A stretch of DNA of 63,183 nt, filler included, from Vezdaea acicularis (lineage: Eukaryota): assembly GCA_026025075.1 (NCBI GenBank). It is 5 parts of 5 records of this genome, joined end to end, with 100 filler letters (N's around TTAATTAATTAA, not from the genome) between each part and the next. Parts side by side here need not be neighbours in the genome. Positions count along the whole stretch, not along the records: positions 1 to 14,304 come from JAPEUI010000230.1; 4 more parts are not named here. One strand, given 5' to 3'. Below are positions 1 to 11,539 of this stretch, in pieces; position 1 is the first letter of the stretch, and the number at the start of each line of letters is the position of its first letter. A model generated the notes under the pieces. That model saw only the letters and a list, made by a program, of their open reading frames with translations. It was not told the origin of the DNA and did no database searches. A program made the translations under genes and the position numbers.

Positions 1-226
1 GGCGATAGTTGTGACAGTAGCGACGATCGTAAATCTTCAATATTGCCTGTTTTGGAAGCTCTGTGAAGGCATCCGAGGTTTCATTGACGACAATAAGTAA
101 AACAACAGCCACAGTCACCGGCCAGACTCTCTTGATTGTGACATTTGCATACCAACATCCAATTGATTCATGTTGAAGGCGAATTGTCTGGCCCACGCAA
201 TATGGGTCCTCAGGTGTAGAGTCCAT
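1..226 (-). CDS. Fungal protein-kinase-like family protein, N-terminal part (runs off the window edge)
   Basis: Not in the ORF track. Manual translation from ATG at 226 gives MDSTPEDPYCVGQTIRLQ...NVTIKRVWPVTVAVVLLIVV...LPKQAILKIYDRRYCHNYR with no stop. The PY.G..L / LP..A.LK.YDRR pattern resembles the N-lobe of a filamentous-fungal kinase-like family. Confidence 0.5.
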   Translation of the reverse strand, partial: MDSTPEDPYCVGQTIRLQHESIGCWYANVTIKRVWPVTVAVVLLIVVNETSDAFTELPKQAILKIYDRRYCHNYR

Positions 227-1539
227 CTCAATGAAGAAAATATCGCGAGATCGGGAACAAAGCAGACGTGGAAAGCATCCAGATGGCTTATATAGCAGCG
301 TGTTGATCACGGTCTAAAGCACCACATTCACTCTTAATAAGTATGTTGAGACTCAGTATTACAAGGTGAAGGTTGTTAAGGTAGGCAGAACCAGAGACGG
401 TAGTTGTGGAGGTGAAGTATGCAGTGAGCTCAATACTCGCTTCTTCTCATTTTCTTCTAGTGCTACTGTGTCATCCAACCACGTAAACAGGAGAGGGTCG
501 GCATAATGCAAGCTCGCATGATATTCGACTCTTACACACCTTGGGTAATTTGAAGGGATTCGCTTTGAACGCGTTGTCAAAAAATTCTAGTATATTGCAA
601 CCCCGTACGCGTAAGGATGCTGCTCCAATCACAGGAGCGTACAATAATCACGAGACTGGCGCCGTTGAATATTTCAACTACCTAACAACATATGCTGTAT
701 GGAAAGACATCATCCTTAAAGGCGTCTCTTTGAATCGCCATATCTTCCAGTTCTTTAAAGGCTGCAGATGGTGAGTTTTGTAGTCAGTCCTTCGTTCCTC
801 TATCTTGATTAAGAAACAACCGTTGTACACCACTTGATATTCATCCGCAAGGATGATACTCTTCAAATCTTCGCACATCATTTTCTTTAACATATGTTCT
901 CTACATTTAATACTACAATCAAATGGTTTACTTCATTGTAGATTCTATTCCAGGCCAAGCGTATTTTTTTCGAGCTGATTTGAAAATGCTTACTCCTCAT
1001 ACTTAAATCTCGCTCATGCAGGTGGAACGATACCTGCACAACACACAAGACAAGAAGCTCATTCGATCATACAGGAGGCTAAAATTTGAGCTAATCAGCT
1101 TTCCAGTATCGGAGGACCGCCCACGTAAAGCTAAAACACAAATCGCAGCGCAGTCATGCAATCCTCTCATTTCTCCTTCATGTCAGCCTTCGGACACAAG
1201 ATATACTCAATTTGAGTGGCCGCCATTCTCGACCTTTGGGACCACCTCTCTTCAGAATGTGGCTGTCATGTTGCTATAACAAGTTTGAAAATCTAGACGT
1301 ACGGCCCAAGGCTTCCCTAGCTGCATCGATGGCAAAACCTACAGCCCTAAAAATTGAGCGATTGGTCATGTTGCTATGGATTGGCGATATATGAGACCCA
1401 CAGCACATTGAACCATACGCTCCGATGAACGGACAAGGAGAGAGAAGAAGAAGCGCTCCTAGGATATCCCTACATTACAGCATCCGCATAGTCTACCCGA
1501 AAATCTCTGCCTCAATCAACAGTCTAATGGAAGGTCAAA

Positions 1540-2453
1540 TCAAATATTCTGGAAGCGTATATCACCCTTTCTGATTCCAGATATCATGGCTTTCACCTTC
1601 GCAATACCGATTTTCCCTTGGCGCTCTTCCAAATCAGATCTAGTGATATTAGGAGTCTCAATTACGAGATTCAAACCTCTTCTTTCCATCCATTGCGCCC
1701 AATTTTTTGTTTGGGGAAGCCGCTGAAGCTTGTCCTGATGCCCTACCGCTTTGTTGAACATCAAGAGCAAACTTGTGTTCAATTGGGAGCGACTCTCGTC
1801 TCGGGAGAGAGTGGCTAGGTCCTCTTTATTGAGCCTCGAAAGAAGTCCATCCTCAAATTCTTCTAGGCTTCTCTCGCCGTGATGACTGAGAAAGAGCTCC
1901 TCACCCTTACAGAAACGTTTAAAGTCGATAAAACCCACGCGATGCTTCTCCATCCATTGGGTGAACCTCACCGCCTGAGGTGACCCGATGGCGCTCGAAT
2001 GCCCGCCACCCTCACTTCTTTTTTTGTTGTCACACACAAAAAGCAGAATATCGGCGCCGAGGTTTGAGATCTCTTCTACCTGAACAGATCAGTTAGTACG
2101 ATTATACTAATGAGCCCCAGGGATATTACTTCTTTCCGCAGATGGCTAATTGCATGTCGTAGCTGCGCTTTGGATTTCATCTGAGGCCTTCGACCACGTC
2201 GGTATTGCAGCTTCTTATCTGCTGATAATTGACTCCAGAGTGTTGAGAGATAGCGGGTATTAAGCCCAAATTCTTTGCTCTCACTGGGTAGCTTTTGTTG
2301 CATATCCTTAACAAAATTGTTCCAGCTATTTGGTCCTCTAGCAGGCCGTGAGGATTTACGGAATGATGATTGCTTCGCAATAGCTTCAAGCTGCTCACAG
2401 GGAAGTTCACCCCCCCTTGTGATCCCTTCAATTCTTAAAGCGTCGAGCTCCAT
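1540..2453 (-). CDS. Divergent HMG-box protein (2 exons, ~287 aa), KDZ-transposon-associated type
   Basis: ORFs 2076-2453 and 1540-2037 join in frame across a 50-nt intron 2129-2080 (GTAATA..CTAAC..CAG). HMG-like segment: RPARGPNSWNNFVKDMQQKL...YLSTLWSQLSADKKLQYR. Confidence 0.65.
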
Positions 2454-3231
2454 TATACATTAAGAAAGAAGTGCTGATGATGCATGACAGATGCCTGGTG
2501 AAAACACGAAGACCTTTTCCAACGCGGCAAGAGGACCGGTTTCCTCTTACACTGGTTGCCAATATGTGATTGCTCACGGGAGAAGAGCCACTAGCGTCGT
2601 ATGCCAGGAGTAGCTCGCACGCATCGGGCTACTTACAAGCCTACGCGAGACCTCTGACCAGGGTCCCCCCCTGGTATTGCCTCTTGTGATTGGCGGTAGG
2701 AAGGCGGGAAGGCCGTGCTGCTTTGTTGAGTTACCCGAGGGACCAAGCTAGTCTATCTCCAAATGGTCAACAGCTGGTGGATTTCTCCACTTCATAGCTG
2801 TCGTCCACTCATCAATTCTCTTTGGCCCCAACCCTTGAACGACTAATTTCCTGCTGGTCTCTGGGCGAAGATCCTAGCTGGATAGGAAGTTAGGAATTAG
2901 AAGAGCAAGATCGGCTTGACTGCTGCCACTCCTTGCGGAATCGTCACAACAGAGCGAACCTCCTTTTCAAACACAGGAGCCAAGCGTTTGAGGATCCTCT
3001 GCCGCTGACGCTAGAAACCAAGCAAAAAGAGGTCCTTCGTCTCGACGGGCTTGTCTGGAACAACGCACAGAGCATCGCGTGCTTTATCATATGCAAGCCA
3101 AGCCGCAGACGGAAGCTACACGGTAGATCGACATCTAACGGAGGCAAATGGTCGTTACAAGCCTGCGATATTCACACAGGACAGTGCTTCATGGTGACTA
3201 CAAACCCTCCAACTCTACGAACTAAACCATA

Positions 3232-3474
3232 ATGCCTGATAACAACCCAAATTTACCTGAACCCGCCGACGTCGACCAAGATGTCTTGGTCGAGCTCCTG
3301 GACGCGAATGAAGAACGCGTGCCGGGCCTAATGGCCAGGATAAACGACCTCCTCCTAAGCACGAGGCTACAGGGGGCGAGTTACCAGAAGATAGACCGAA
3401 GCAGAAAACAAAAACGGAGACGTCGCCCAAACCGCGGCAAACCTCCAAGAAATGCCAGAAATCACGCGCCTTAA
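3232..3474 (+). CDS. Small hypothetical protein (80 aa), acidic helical N-terminus and basic NLS-like C-terminus
   Basis: ATG-initiated ORF MPDNNPNLPEPADVDQDVLVELLDANEE...RSRKQKRRRRPNRGK; protein-like composition; no family recognised. Confidence 0.35.
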   Translation: MPDNNPNLPEPADVDQDVLVELLDANEERVPGLMARINDLLLSTRLQGASYQKIDRSRKQKRRRRPNRGKPPRNARNHAP

Positions 3475-3914
3475 ACGCATCCTAGGGGCAATGGAGTGAC
3501 TCAGGATGACTAGGCCATCATCTCGCAGCCATCATCATAGCTCATCCACCCGACAGAAGGAAAACCAACACCAATCTAGGCATCGTCCCTGCCGCAATAG
3601 GAGCTTCTCCTCCTCCAATACTCGTCCGCTCGTCAACGCTTCCCAAGGCCTGAGTTTGAAAGCAGTAAAGATTCAGATCCATCAGATGACTTTCCTCCAT
3701 CCCAAAACGCAACCAAGGAAGGCGCAGACACATTCTCGCAGCCACTTGAAAGACACACTGCGTCTCGGATGGCTCCTGGTGCGCCGCCGAATGGCGTGCA
3801 AACGGGCTTGTCCCATTCAACTCGTGAGATGGGACGGCCGGCGGCCGCCGCCATGGACGCATAGGCCGGAATCAATATACTAGAGATCGAGATATTCGGA
3901 TTGGTCGTGGCGAG

Positions 3915-4460
3915 AGGGGTGTGTCCCCGTCTCGGCGCCAGTCCGCCGCGGTGTTTCCGGAGGTCGCGCGGTTTACCTTCGCGTTTACGTCTTGGTCCTG
4001 AAAAATCCAATCTTCATAGGAAGAAGATAAGGGGGGCAAGACTGGCAATAAAGCTGCATACTTCGACAAGCTAATAGCTCTGCTCGAAGAGTTCAAGATC
4101 ATCTTCATCGTCACAGTAGACAATGTAAGCTCTGAGCAGATGCATGAGATTCGTGCAAGAGGGCTGCGCCCCCGTTTCGGCGCCTGTCCGCCGCAGGATT
4201 TCCGGCGCCCGTCCGCCGCAGGGTTTCCGGCGCCCGTCCGCCGCGGGGTTTCCGAGGGTCGCGCGGTATTCTTTCGCGTTCACGTCTTAGTCCTGAAAAA
4301 TCCGATCTTCACAGCAAGAAGATATAGGGGGCAAGACCGGCAACAAAGCCGCTTACTTCGACAAGCTCAAAGCTCTGCTCGAAGAGTTTAAGAGCATTTT
4401 CATTGTCACGGTAGACAATGTAAGCTCCCAGCAAATGCACGAGATACGTGCAAGTCTCCG
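3915..4460 (+). repeat. Imperfect tandem duplication (GC-rich block + P0 5' leader + P0 exon 1), two copies
   Basis: GGTCGCGCGGT..TTCGCGTTYACGTCTTRGTCCTGAAAAATCCRATCTTCAYAG.AAGAAGATA followed by P0 exon-1 codons occurs at ~3962-4160 and ~4257-4455. Confidence 0.85.
4029..4160 (+). pseudogene. RPP0: 60S ribosomal protein P0 (uL10) exon-1 fragment, copy 1
   Basis: Translates (K)GGKTGNKAAYFDKLIALLEEFKIIFIVTVDNVSSEQMHEIRA. The start ATG is replaced by AAG, and the fragment breaks into the GC-rich block at ~4161. Confidence 0.85.
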
Positions 4461-5041
4461 CGGAGATGGGGTCGTTCTAATGGGCAAGAATACGATGGTG
4501 AGTAGGCTTTACGCTCCGTTCAAGATTCTTTTCTTGGCTGATCGATTTCGTTATTTAGGTCGCGCCGGGGGGTTCCTAGGGCCCGCCCGCCGCGGGGTTT
4601 CCGGGGCCAGTCCGCTGCGGGGTTCCCGGGGGTCGCGCGGTTCCCGGGGCCCGCCCGCCGCGGCTCGTTCTTTAGGTCCGCCGTGCGACCAAGGGCTTCA
4701 TTGGTGACAATCCCGAGTATGAGCGCCTCTTACCTCATGTCAAAGGTACTGTCAGTTTTTCACTGAACTCAGTGAATTCTTGCTTAACGTCAGGCAACGT
4801 CGGATTCGTCTTCACGAACGCTGATCTCAAGGATACCCGAGAGAAGATTCTTTCCAATAAAGTTGCCGCGCCAGCGAGAGCTGGAGCCGTAAATCCTCTT
4901 GACGTTAGTATCAATGAGACTATACTCAGATAACTATCTAATGATAAGCAGGTCTATGTCCCAGCTGGCAACACTGGTATAGAGCCTGGAAAAACCTCAT
5001 TCTTCCAAGCCCTTGGGGTTCCAACAAAAATTGCTTGTTGA
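4324..5041 (+). pseudogene. RPP0: 60S ribosomal protein P0 (uL10), 3'-truncated copy with 3 introns, start codon ATA
   Basis: Exons 4324-4497, 4676-4745, 4794-4903 and 4952-5041 splice to (I)[91 protein letters not shown]...[40 protein letters not shown] (147 codons). Confidence 0.9.
4562..4664. repeat. GC-rich minisatellite-like insertion flanked by a 14-bp near-direct repeat
   Basis: Units resembling CCGCCGCGGGGTTTCCGGGGCCCG lie between TCGTTATTTAGGTC (4548-4561) and TCGTTCTTTAGGTC (4665-4678). Related blocks at ~3925-3972 and ~4161-4266. Confidence 0.8.
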
Positions 5042-5372
5042 ATCCTCTGTTGGTGCCTCCAAAACTAGGCTACCCAGACTAACTTCCCTGTTGTACCCTC
5101 GACTGTGCAACTCTACGTTTGTGGGTACATCGCGGAAACGCTCATCCACGGCGGAGACGCTCTCGCCAGCCAGCCCGACGGCGCCGCCCTTTCCGATATC
5201 CATCCTCTGCCGGCGTGCAGCACTACCCTTATAGCCTTCCTCCTCGACGGCGGAACGCCAAGTCCGATCTACCTGTGCTTGCGGGAGCCATAGAATAGCC
5301 CGAAGAGGATGAAGCCAAATACGGCAAGCCCGACCGGCAAGCCGCGATGACGTCGCTGGAGGTATGCTTCAA

Positions 5373-5440
5373 GAAGATGGCGTAGGCAAACGCGATACCT
5401 TGAAATTCGTGGTGGCCGGCGTCTTGGCCATTGGCTTTGT
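5373..5440 (-). pseudogene. Isolated J-domain (DnaJ, DNAJC9-like) exon fragment
   Basis: After a pyrimidine tract and CAG acceptor the frame reads (D)KANGQDAGHHEFQGIAFAYAIF, like the post-HPD helix III of fungal J proteins (FQEIAFAYAILSD). Nothing matching continues beyond it. Confidence 0.5.
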
Positions 5441-7312
5441 CTGCGGAAAGCAAAGAGGGGGAAGAAGCAGAAAGGTGTGGGCGGGTACAACGAGACAGGG
5501 GAAGTCAGCATGGGAGAATAGAACTTGATATTGTCTGGATCTAATAAACTCTAATTATCTCCCACAAGTGCCTTATCCATTGCTCCCGCGCCTTTGTGTC
5601 TCGTCTGGATGCCTGTGAACGGGACTTGTCAGCGTAAGCCATGCCAAACCCCCGTGATACGCATACCCTGATTCCTATCCCTCAAGCACCTCTTCTTCTT
5701 CCTCCAGAAGAGTTTGATTGTAGGATGCGAGGACTGCTCTTGCGATCTCTCGGAGCGTTGGTTGACTGTCAAACTGGAAACTTGCAACCGACCTCGTTTG
5801 TGACCGTGCTCCTCACCTTGATGAGGACCAGAGGGGACTCCGTCGAGCAGAGAATTGCCTCGAAGTACCAGCCTGGCATCGAGGACTTTGGAGACGTATT
5901 GAGCTTCTTAGGCGAAGCAACCTCCGTGAGGGCCAGTGGTCTGATATTATCGAGTCTGTCATTGAGTTCGAGGTAACGAATCCACTGGACGACCCCAGCT
6001 TTTTTAGAGGCCGCCCGAAAAATCGTGTCTTCGCCCTTTCTATAATTGTATTTCCGTTTTGTCAGCTGCGTCTTGTCAAGGATAGGGGTCTATTTACCTT
6101 CCCCATATTGATTGTTAATCTTGCTATGGCTAAACCTGCGAACGTTGAAGAATTTTGGTCGTGAGTCGCACAAATTCTTGATGAATGTTGAGTAGCTTGC
6201 GAGGTGAATGTTGAGTAGATCGCGAGGTGAATGTGCGGCACGTCCGCGTGACTGCTTTAGTGACAGTGGACACGCCACTCAAGCGCTTGAAGCGAGACAA
6301 GCCTCTCGTCTGTATGGTCCAGCCCCTGAGGTAACATGTGAGCCCCCTCCCAAGACTGGAACAATCTTCAAGATATGATACAATAAATAGTCTGATGACA
6401 ACAGGGAGGACAAGTACTTGTCCAAGGATGCTGCAGCTGAACGCTGTAACATAGCCAAAGACTCAGGATATACTCACGCCGACAAGGTATCGGGCTCTTA
6501 TTTTCTGTCTATTCCTTGCGCGGAGACTGTGCCCAAAGGGTCATAAATACGAGTATCTACACAAGTTGCCAACTCTACACGACCTTTTCAACTCAAATAT
6601 CGATTGCTTTGGGCGGGATAAGCACAGCGACTATCGGGATGACATGGGCGGCGTCAGAAGCTTTAGAGACAGAATAGAACTCTCTAGGTTGGTCATATAC
6701 ATGTCCGGGATGGCATGGAAGAGGTCGTAGCCCGTCATTTCGCAGAGTGGGGTCAAATCGACAACAGTGAGCCGTTCTTAGGAGATCCTTAAGCTGCGTC
6801 AGAATTGTAAGCTAACTTGATCTCTCAGTCCGCGTTCTACATTCTCGGGGAGAAGCCTTTATAACATATACCAATGAAGCCGACTCACAGTTTACTAAAG
6901 AAGCTATGGCGCGTCAGTCGCTCGATGAGTCGGAGATCCTGAACGTGCGCGGGGCTACCATGGGCTCCAATCCGATGGCATCAAGCTTGCAGCATGGAGC
7001 AGGCTGCCGAAGCAGTTCGGAGGCTTTACCCGATGAATTTGTGGCTGAAATAGCAGGCCGGGATCCGGGTGACTTTAGCATGCGACGCAGCTCACTTCAC
7101 TCATCTCCTCGGCGGTTGGACTTGCTTTGCGGTCGCTCGTGCTTGATTCGGATGTTTCTTAGGGAACTCTAATCCTCTTCATCAACGAAATATGCTAACG
7201 TGTTAAAATAGGGGTGAGCGGGCTGCCGGAAGCTAGATAGCACCCACGCGCGACGCCGACTTGACCTGCCGACTTGACCTGCCTGACGATTCTCATTAGT
7301 TATGACATTGCC

Positions 7313-10250
7313 ATGACACGTCGAAAAGGGAATCGCTTTTACGTCACTGGTCTTCAGAAGCCATTGAAATGGACTTTGCAAACACGAAACGCAATCTGGG
7401 AAGATCTTCGGCCTGTCATTCGAAGGCAACGTCAAGATCGAGGCTTGACAAAAATAGCAGACAGCATCTGGGATGATGCGGGGGACAATTTGGACAGAGG
7501 ATGGGTAGACGAGGACCTTTTCGAAGACTTCAATGCCTCAGCCATCAATTCAGGGGCTGAGGCAATCAGAGCTTCGGACACATCTGACGGTCCGCCGATA
7601 CCCCTATTCCCCGTGAGGCTCTCACGGCGCAACGAAGAGAACCGAAAGCGACGGGACGACAACTGGGCACGGGTGCGAGAACCTTTTCTAGAGGCTATCA
7701 TGAACGGCCAGAAAGCCCGTTGTCGGACTCCGAACTGCGAGACGACTTCGCACATCATTTGGCTCGTAAGCCTTACTGGTGAGAATAGTTCCAAATGGTA
7801 ATATATCTTAAAACTAACATATCAAAGAAACGCACCAAACGAGCCTACAATGGTGCAGCTGTGATGCTGCAGCTACTACGTTGATAGTAGCTGGCTACTT
7901 CCCATCGAGTATCCGTCCAAATCGAAGAGAACGAAACGCTAAGCACTAACGATTCACAGCACCCTTGAAGCCTAAACTGGCCTTCTCCCTGGATTTGATT
8001 CGGTTTTTCCATCAAGTTATCATGATCGGTAACGTTTCGAAGTATGCCTGGGCTCACGGCCTTCATCGATTTCTACAGAAGACCATGCGACAGCGCCTTC
8101 CAGAATTCAAGAAGCCATGGGAATATGCGTATTTCAATTGGCTTGAATTGGATCGCATATGCCAGTCATCTTGCATGAAGGATTTAGAGAGATTGAGCGG
8201 AAGTACGTTCAAGCAGAACGCGCTTGCTAGCCTCTGTCCGGCCTGCTTTCATCGACCAGACGAAGATGACTCGCCTTACATATTTTCTATAGATGGCAAT
8301 TTTCAACACTCACGGCGAAAATGGATCAGCGCCGGCCGCGAATCATCATCCTATACTCGAGAACTGTTCATTCCAGACGACAGTGACCAGGTGAATCCCG
8401 ACGGCCAAAACCTTGAGAAGACGGGAGGGTGCAACCACACGTTTGTTGCAGCTTCCATGGAGAGCAAACCAAAGTCAATGACAAGTCTCGATGAGACCGG
8501 TATTATGGGCGCAGTCTGCCGACATGATATCCCATTACGATATCTAAATCTTTTCACTGGCGAAAGGAGTTCATCATCGATATCCCTTATCAAGTCTGTC
8601 GTGGACCAATGTCCGGCCAACACATCGATTCATGTACAGTACGACATTGCTTGCAAATTTCAGCGATCTCTCCAGCTCGCTGATCCTATACTAGACCAAC
8701 GCGTTCAGCTCAGCCTAAACGCATTCCACAATTACGCCCACGAGCTTCGTTGTCAGCTTCGGTGGGGTCCATTGAGAACCGAAGGGCTTGGTAGATCGGA
8801 CGGGGAAGGGTGTGAACGTAATTGGGCATCCATGGCCCATCTTGTCTCAGTTGGTCGGCAGTCCAGTGCCAAGTCGAGGATGATGTTACTGGACCAGCAT
8901 GGTCTTCATCAAGCTGGCCGTCTTCGAACTAACCTTGTATCTACTCTGCAAAGGCGCATTGAGAAATGCGAGCAAGATTTACGAATCAGTTCACAGGCGC
9001 TTGATGATCTAGTGTTACGAAGTGAAGAGCAAGGCGAAACGGTGACTCGCACTTTTGTCGAAAGGGAGTTAAGAAGAGAGGCAGAAGCTCAGCGAAGCTG
9101 GTTTATGGCTAACAGCGAGGCTTACGACAGATATATTAGCTGTTATCAATTTAAAGAAGCCTTTCAGTACGTTAAACGGGAAAAAGAGCTTGAGGCAGAG
9201 CTATACGAAACGTTGAATCGATCAACACTTGTACGACCTGAATCTGCAGAGCGTTGGAAACGTGTTATTGCAATCTTAGAAAATCAATGCGCGCAAGCTG
9301 TGTGTGCGACCGATGAAGTTTTACGGAGATTTAGCCAGTCTAGAGCAGACTGGATTACTGATGGGCATCTTTGGACAACATATAGCTCTCTCGAAACCTG
9401 GCTCCGCCTTGAAAAGTTAAAGCTAGACATTCATCGCCAGATATCATCTCGTGTTATTGAGTTAAAATCGATCCGAAGTCGAATTAGAGGCCATAACGGC
9501 GCACAGAAGCTTGTACAGTCTCTGAAGAAACGTTTACCAAAGATAGGGGGCAAAGTGGATGAGTATAATAAGCTTTGTGCCACTTTACCTGAGCATTGTC
9601 GTCCACCAAACATAGACAAGGACACCTTTGACGTGGAGACTCTGGAGCGAAATGGCAATCTACCCCTATGGGAATTTGAAAGCTGTCGTGCAAGTCTCTT
9701 GGGAAATAACAGAACTTGGAAGTACTCAACATGCATGATACAGGGCGTGGAAGCTCTCTATCGGCAATCCCGAGCCAAGGAAGAGCTCTACTATCTCAGA
9801 AAAGAGCTAGGGCGGACACTGGATTGGTCAGAATCCCAGCTCTCATCACTTTTATCAGCCTTCCCATATCTCAACAGTTCTGATTTTCGATCAAGGGGCC
9901 TGGAAATGGTTATGGACCTTCTTGAAACGTGTAAAGAAGCAATCGCCAGTAATGGGGATGTGTTTCATGGGAGATCTTTGGCGACGTTGCGAAGTACTGT
10001 CACTTTACACATACCTTATACGGAATAGCTTATGGTTATAGAACTTGCTACCCATGCGTTGCAATTACTGCCTCGACCCGCTCAAACTGACGAATTGGAT
10101 CTAAATTACGAGGAGGAAGATCCATATGAAGGTCACCAGCCAGAATTTATCGACGACAACGATAGCCAATTTGAGAATGTGCTAACTGCCGCGGAAGAGC
10201 TGCAATCGTTAAGAGTCACCATGGAAAATGAGTTCGCGTTCAGCGTATGA
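7313..10250 (+). CDS. CxC1-KDZ (Kyakuja-Dileera-Zisupton) DNA transposase, apparently intact
   Basis: Exons 7313-7778, 7828-7908, 7960-9993 and 10042-10250 (possible extra exon to 10360) splice in frame. CxC1-like WCSC...LIVAGYFPSTPLKPKLAFSLDLI; CPAC; FSIDGNF, AVCRHDIPL, GE, QYDIAC, AFHNYAHELRCQ and GRSDGEGCERNWA KDZ motifs. Confidence 0.9.
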
Positions 10251-11539
10251 AAGAACAGTTCAAGACCTTCATTACGCTCCAAATATGTGAACCACAGGAG
10301 ATTGGTGATTCGCAGGATAAATTTGCTGTCGAAATTCAGCTATCAAAGCTTACTATTTAACAAGGGGCACAGGCCGACAGAACACAAGAACAGTGCCGCT
10401 GAGTTGCCACTGGAAATTGCTGTGGGAATCCATCTAGAACCACATCAAAGGCATGTACTACCCTCAACTAGCAGCAGCGCAATAGGAGCAGAGCATTACT
10501 GTCGTTGTAAGACCGTAAATGGCAACGCATGGATCGCTTGAAGCATATCAAACCGGTAGACTCAAGTATCCTCTCATAATTGAAATTGAAATGATATTCA
10601 ATTCACGTTTTCTTATATCATCAATCATGAGGTTTATGTGGCGCTAAATGCCACATTGAACAAACTCATACCCTCAATGATGGCTTCATTGACCCTTCGT
10701 AACCTAGAAGATTAGACTTTCTGAAGGCTTGCCTCAATGGAATGAGTGCACATCGATAACAAACCTAAACTTCCTTGCTACTGAGTCTCTTCAACAGCTA
10801 TTTAGGTAAGGATGTCTCAGAACGGCCAAGATACGATCCAGCGACTTGCTGTAACTCTACGTTCACTCATAACCTGGACTAACCCTTGCATCGGAGCCTT
10901 CGTGAGATGTAATACACTTTTCGTGACGTGATCATGTAGGGCATAGGATATCTAGGATGATTGATTTATTCAACTTACGTTAAATTTGCATAGCTTGAGT
11001 CTACAGTGTCTCTAAGATCAATGATGGCTGGATCTTCAACCTTTTCTTCCGATCTTGATATTCTTCAACCCGAACTTGTCTAGAGCTATCCTGCTAGCCA
11101 CTCCACGTTCACTTCTTTCTATTATCGTTTACCCGCCCTTGATCAATTTCCGAGGCCCCCCTTCCTCTTGATGTCAACGTCTAAACTCAAACCAAAGGAT
11201 GACTTTTTGCTAAATCTCCCAGTATACCCTTTACCTTGATCAAGTTCATTGCGACAAGCGGGCACTGACAATTTGTCAAACCTTTGCGTTAAGCTCAAAT
11301 CAGAATTGCACTCGAGGTTGACCTTCAACCCCAATCGTTCATGCGGAACTCAAGCTCAGCTTCGATACTTGGTTACGTTAGGTCAGGACCATATGACCAG
11401 CTTGGTAATTATCCACCGAACCTATACATGAATCAATTCACTGATATTTTAGTACTAACTTACTGGATCCGAGCTTGTGCAAAGACGCCATCCCAGTGAG
11501 AGTTTAGCCCAGCTCACTGGAGCCTCAATTCACGCGAAG

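Larger units (their letters stand above)
1540..10360. mobile_element. Putative KDZ (Kyakuja-type) transposon with HMG gene and internal captured host fragments; termini not identified
   Basis: Divergent HMG-box and CxC1-KDZ genes, a pairing known from fungal KDZ elements, bracket scrambled host-gene fragments. No TIR or TSD was found by eye, so the bounds are minimal. Confidence 0.6.

Noticed and set aside
359..1394. Short ORFs near the left edge as genes
   Set aside because: No recognisable motifs and no convincing splice model joining them.
3925..4664. GC-rich blocks as rRNA expansion-segment fragments
   Set aside because: No conserved rRNA core sequence recognised; they are short internally repetitive units.
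5641..7172. ORFs 5641-5976, 6090-6278 and 6906-7172 as a TET/JBP dioxygenase or other element gene
   Set aside because: No HxD...H 2OG-Fe(II) motif pattern seen; they read like degraded or antisense sequence.
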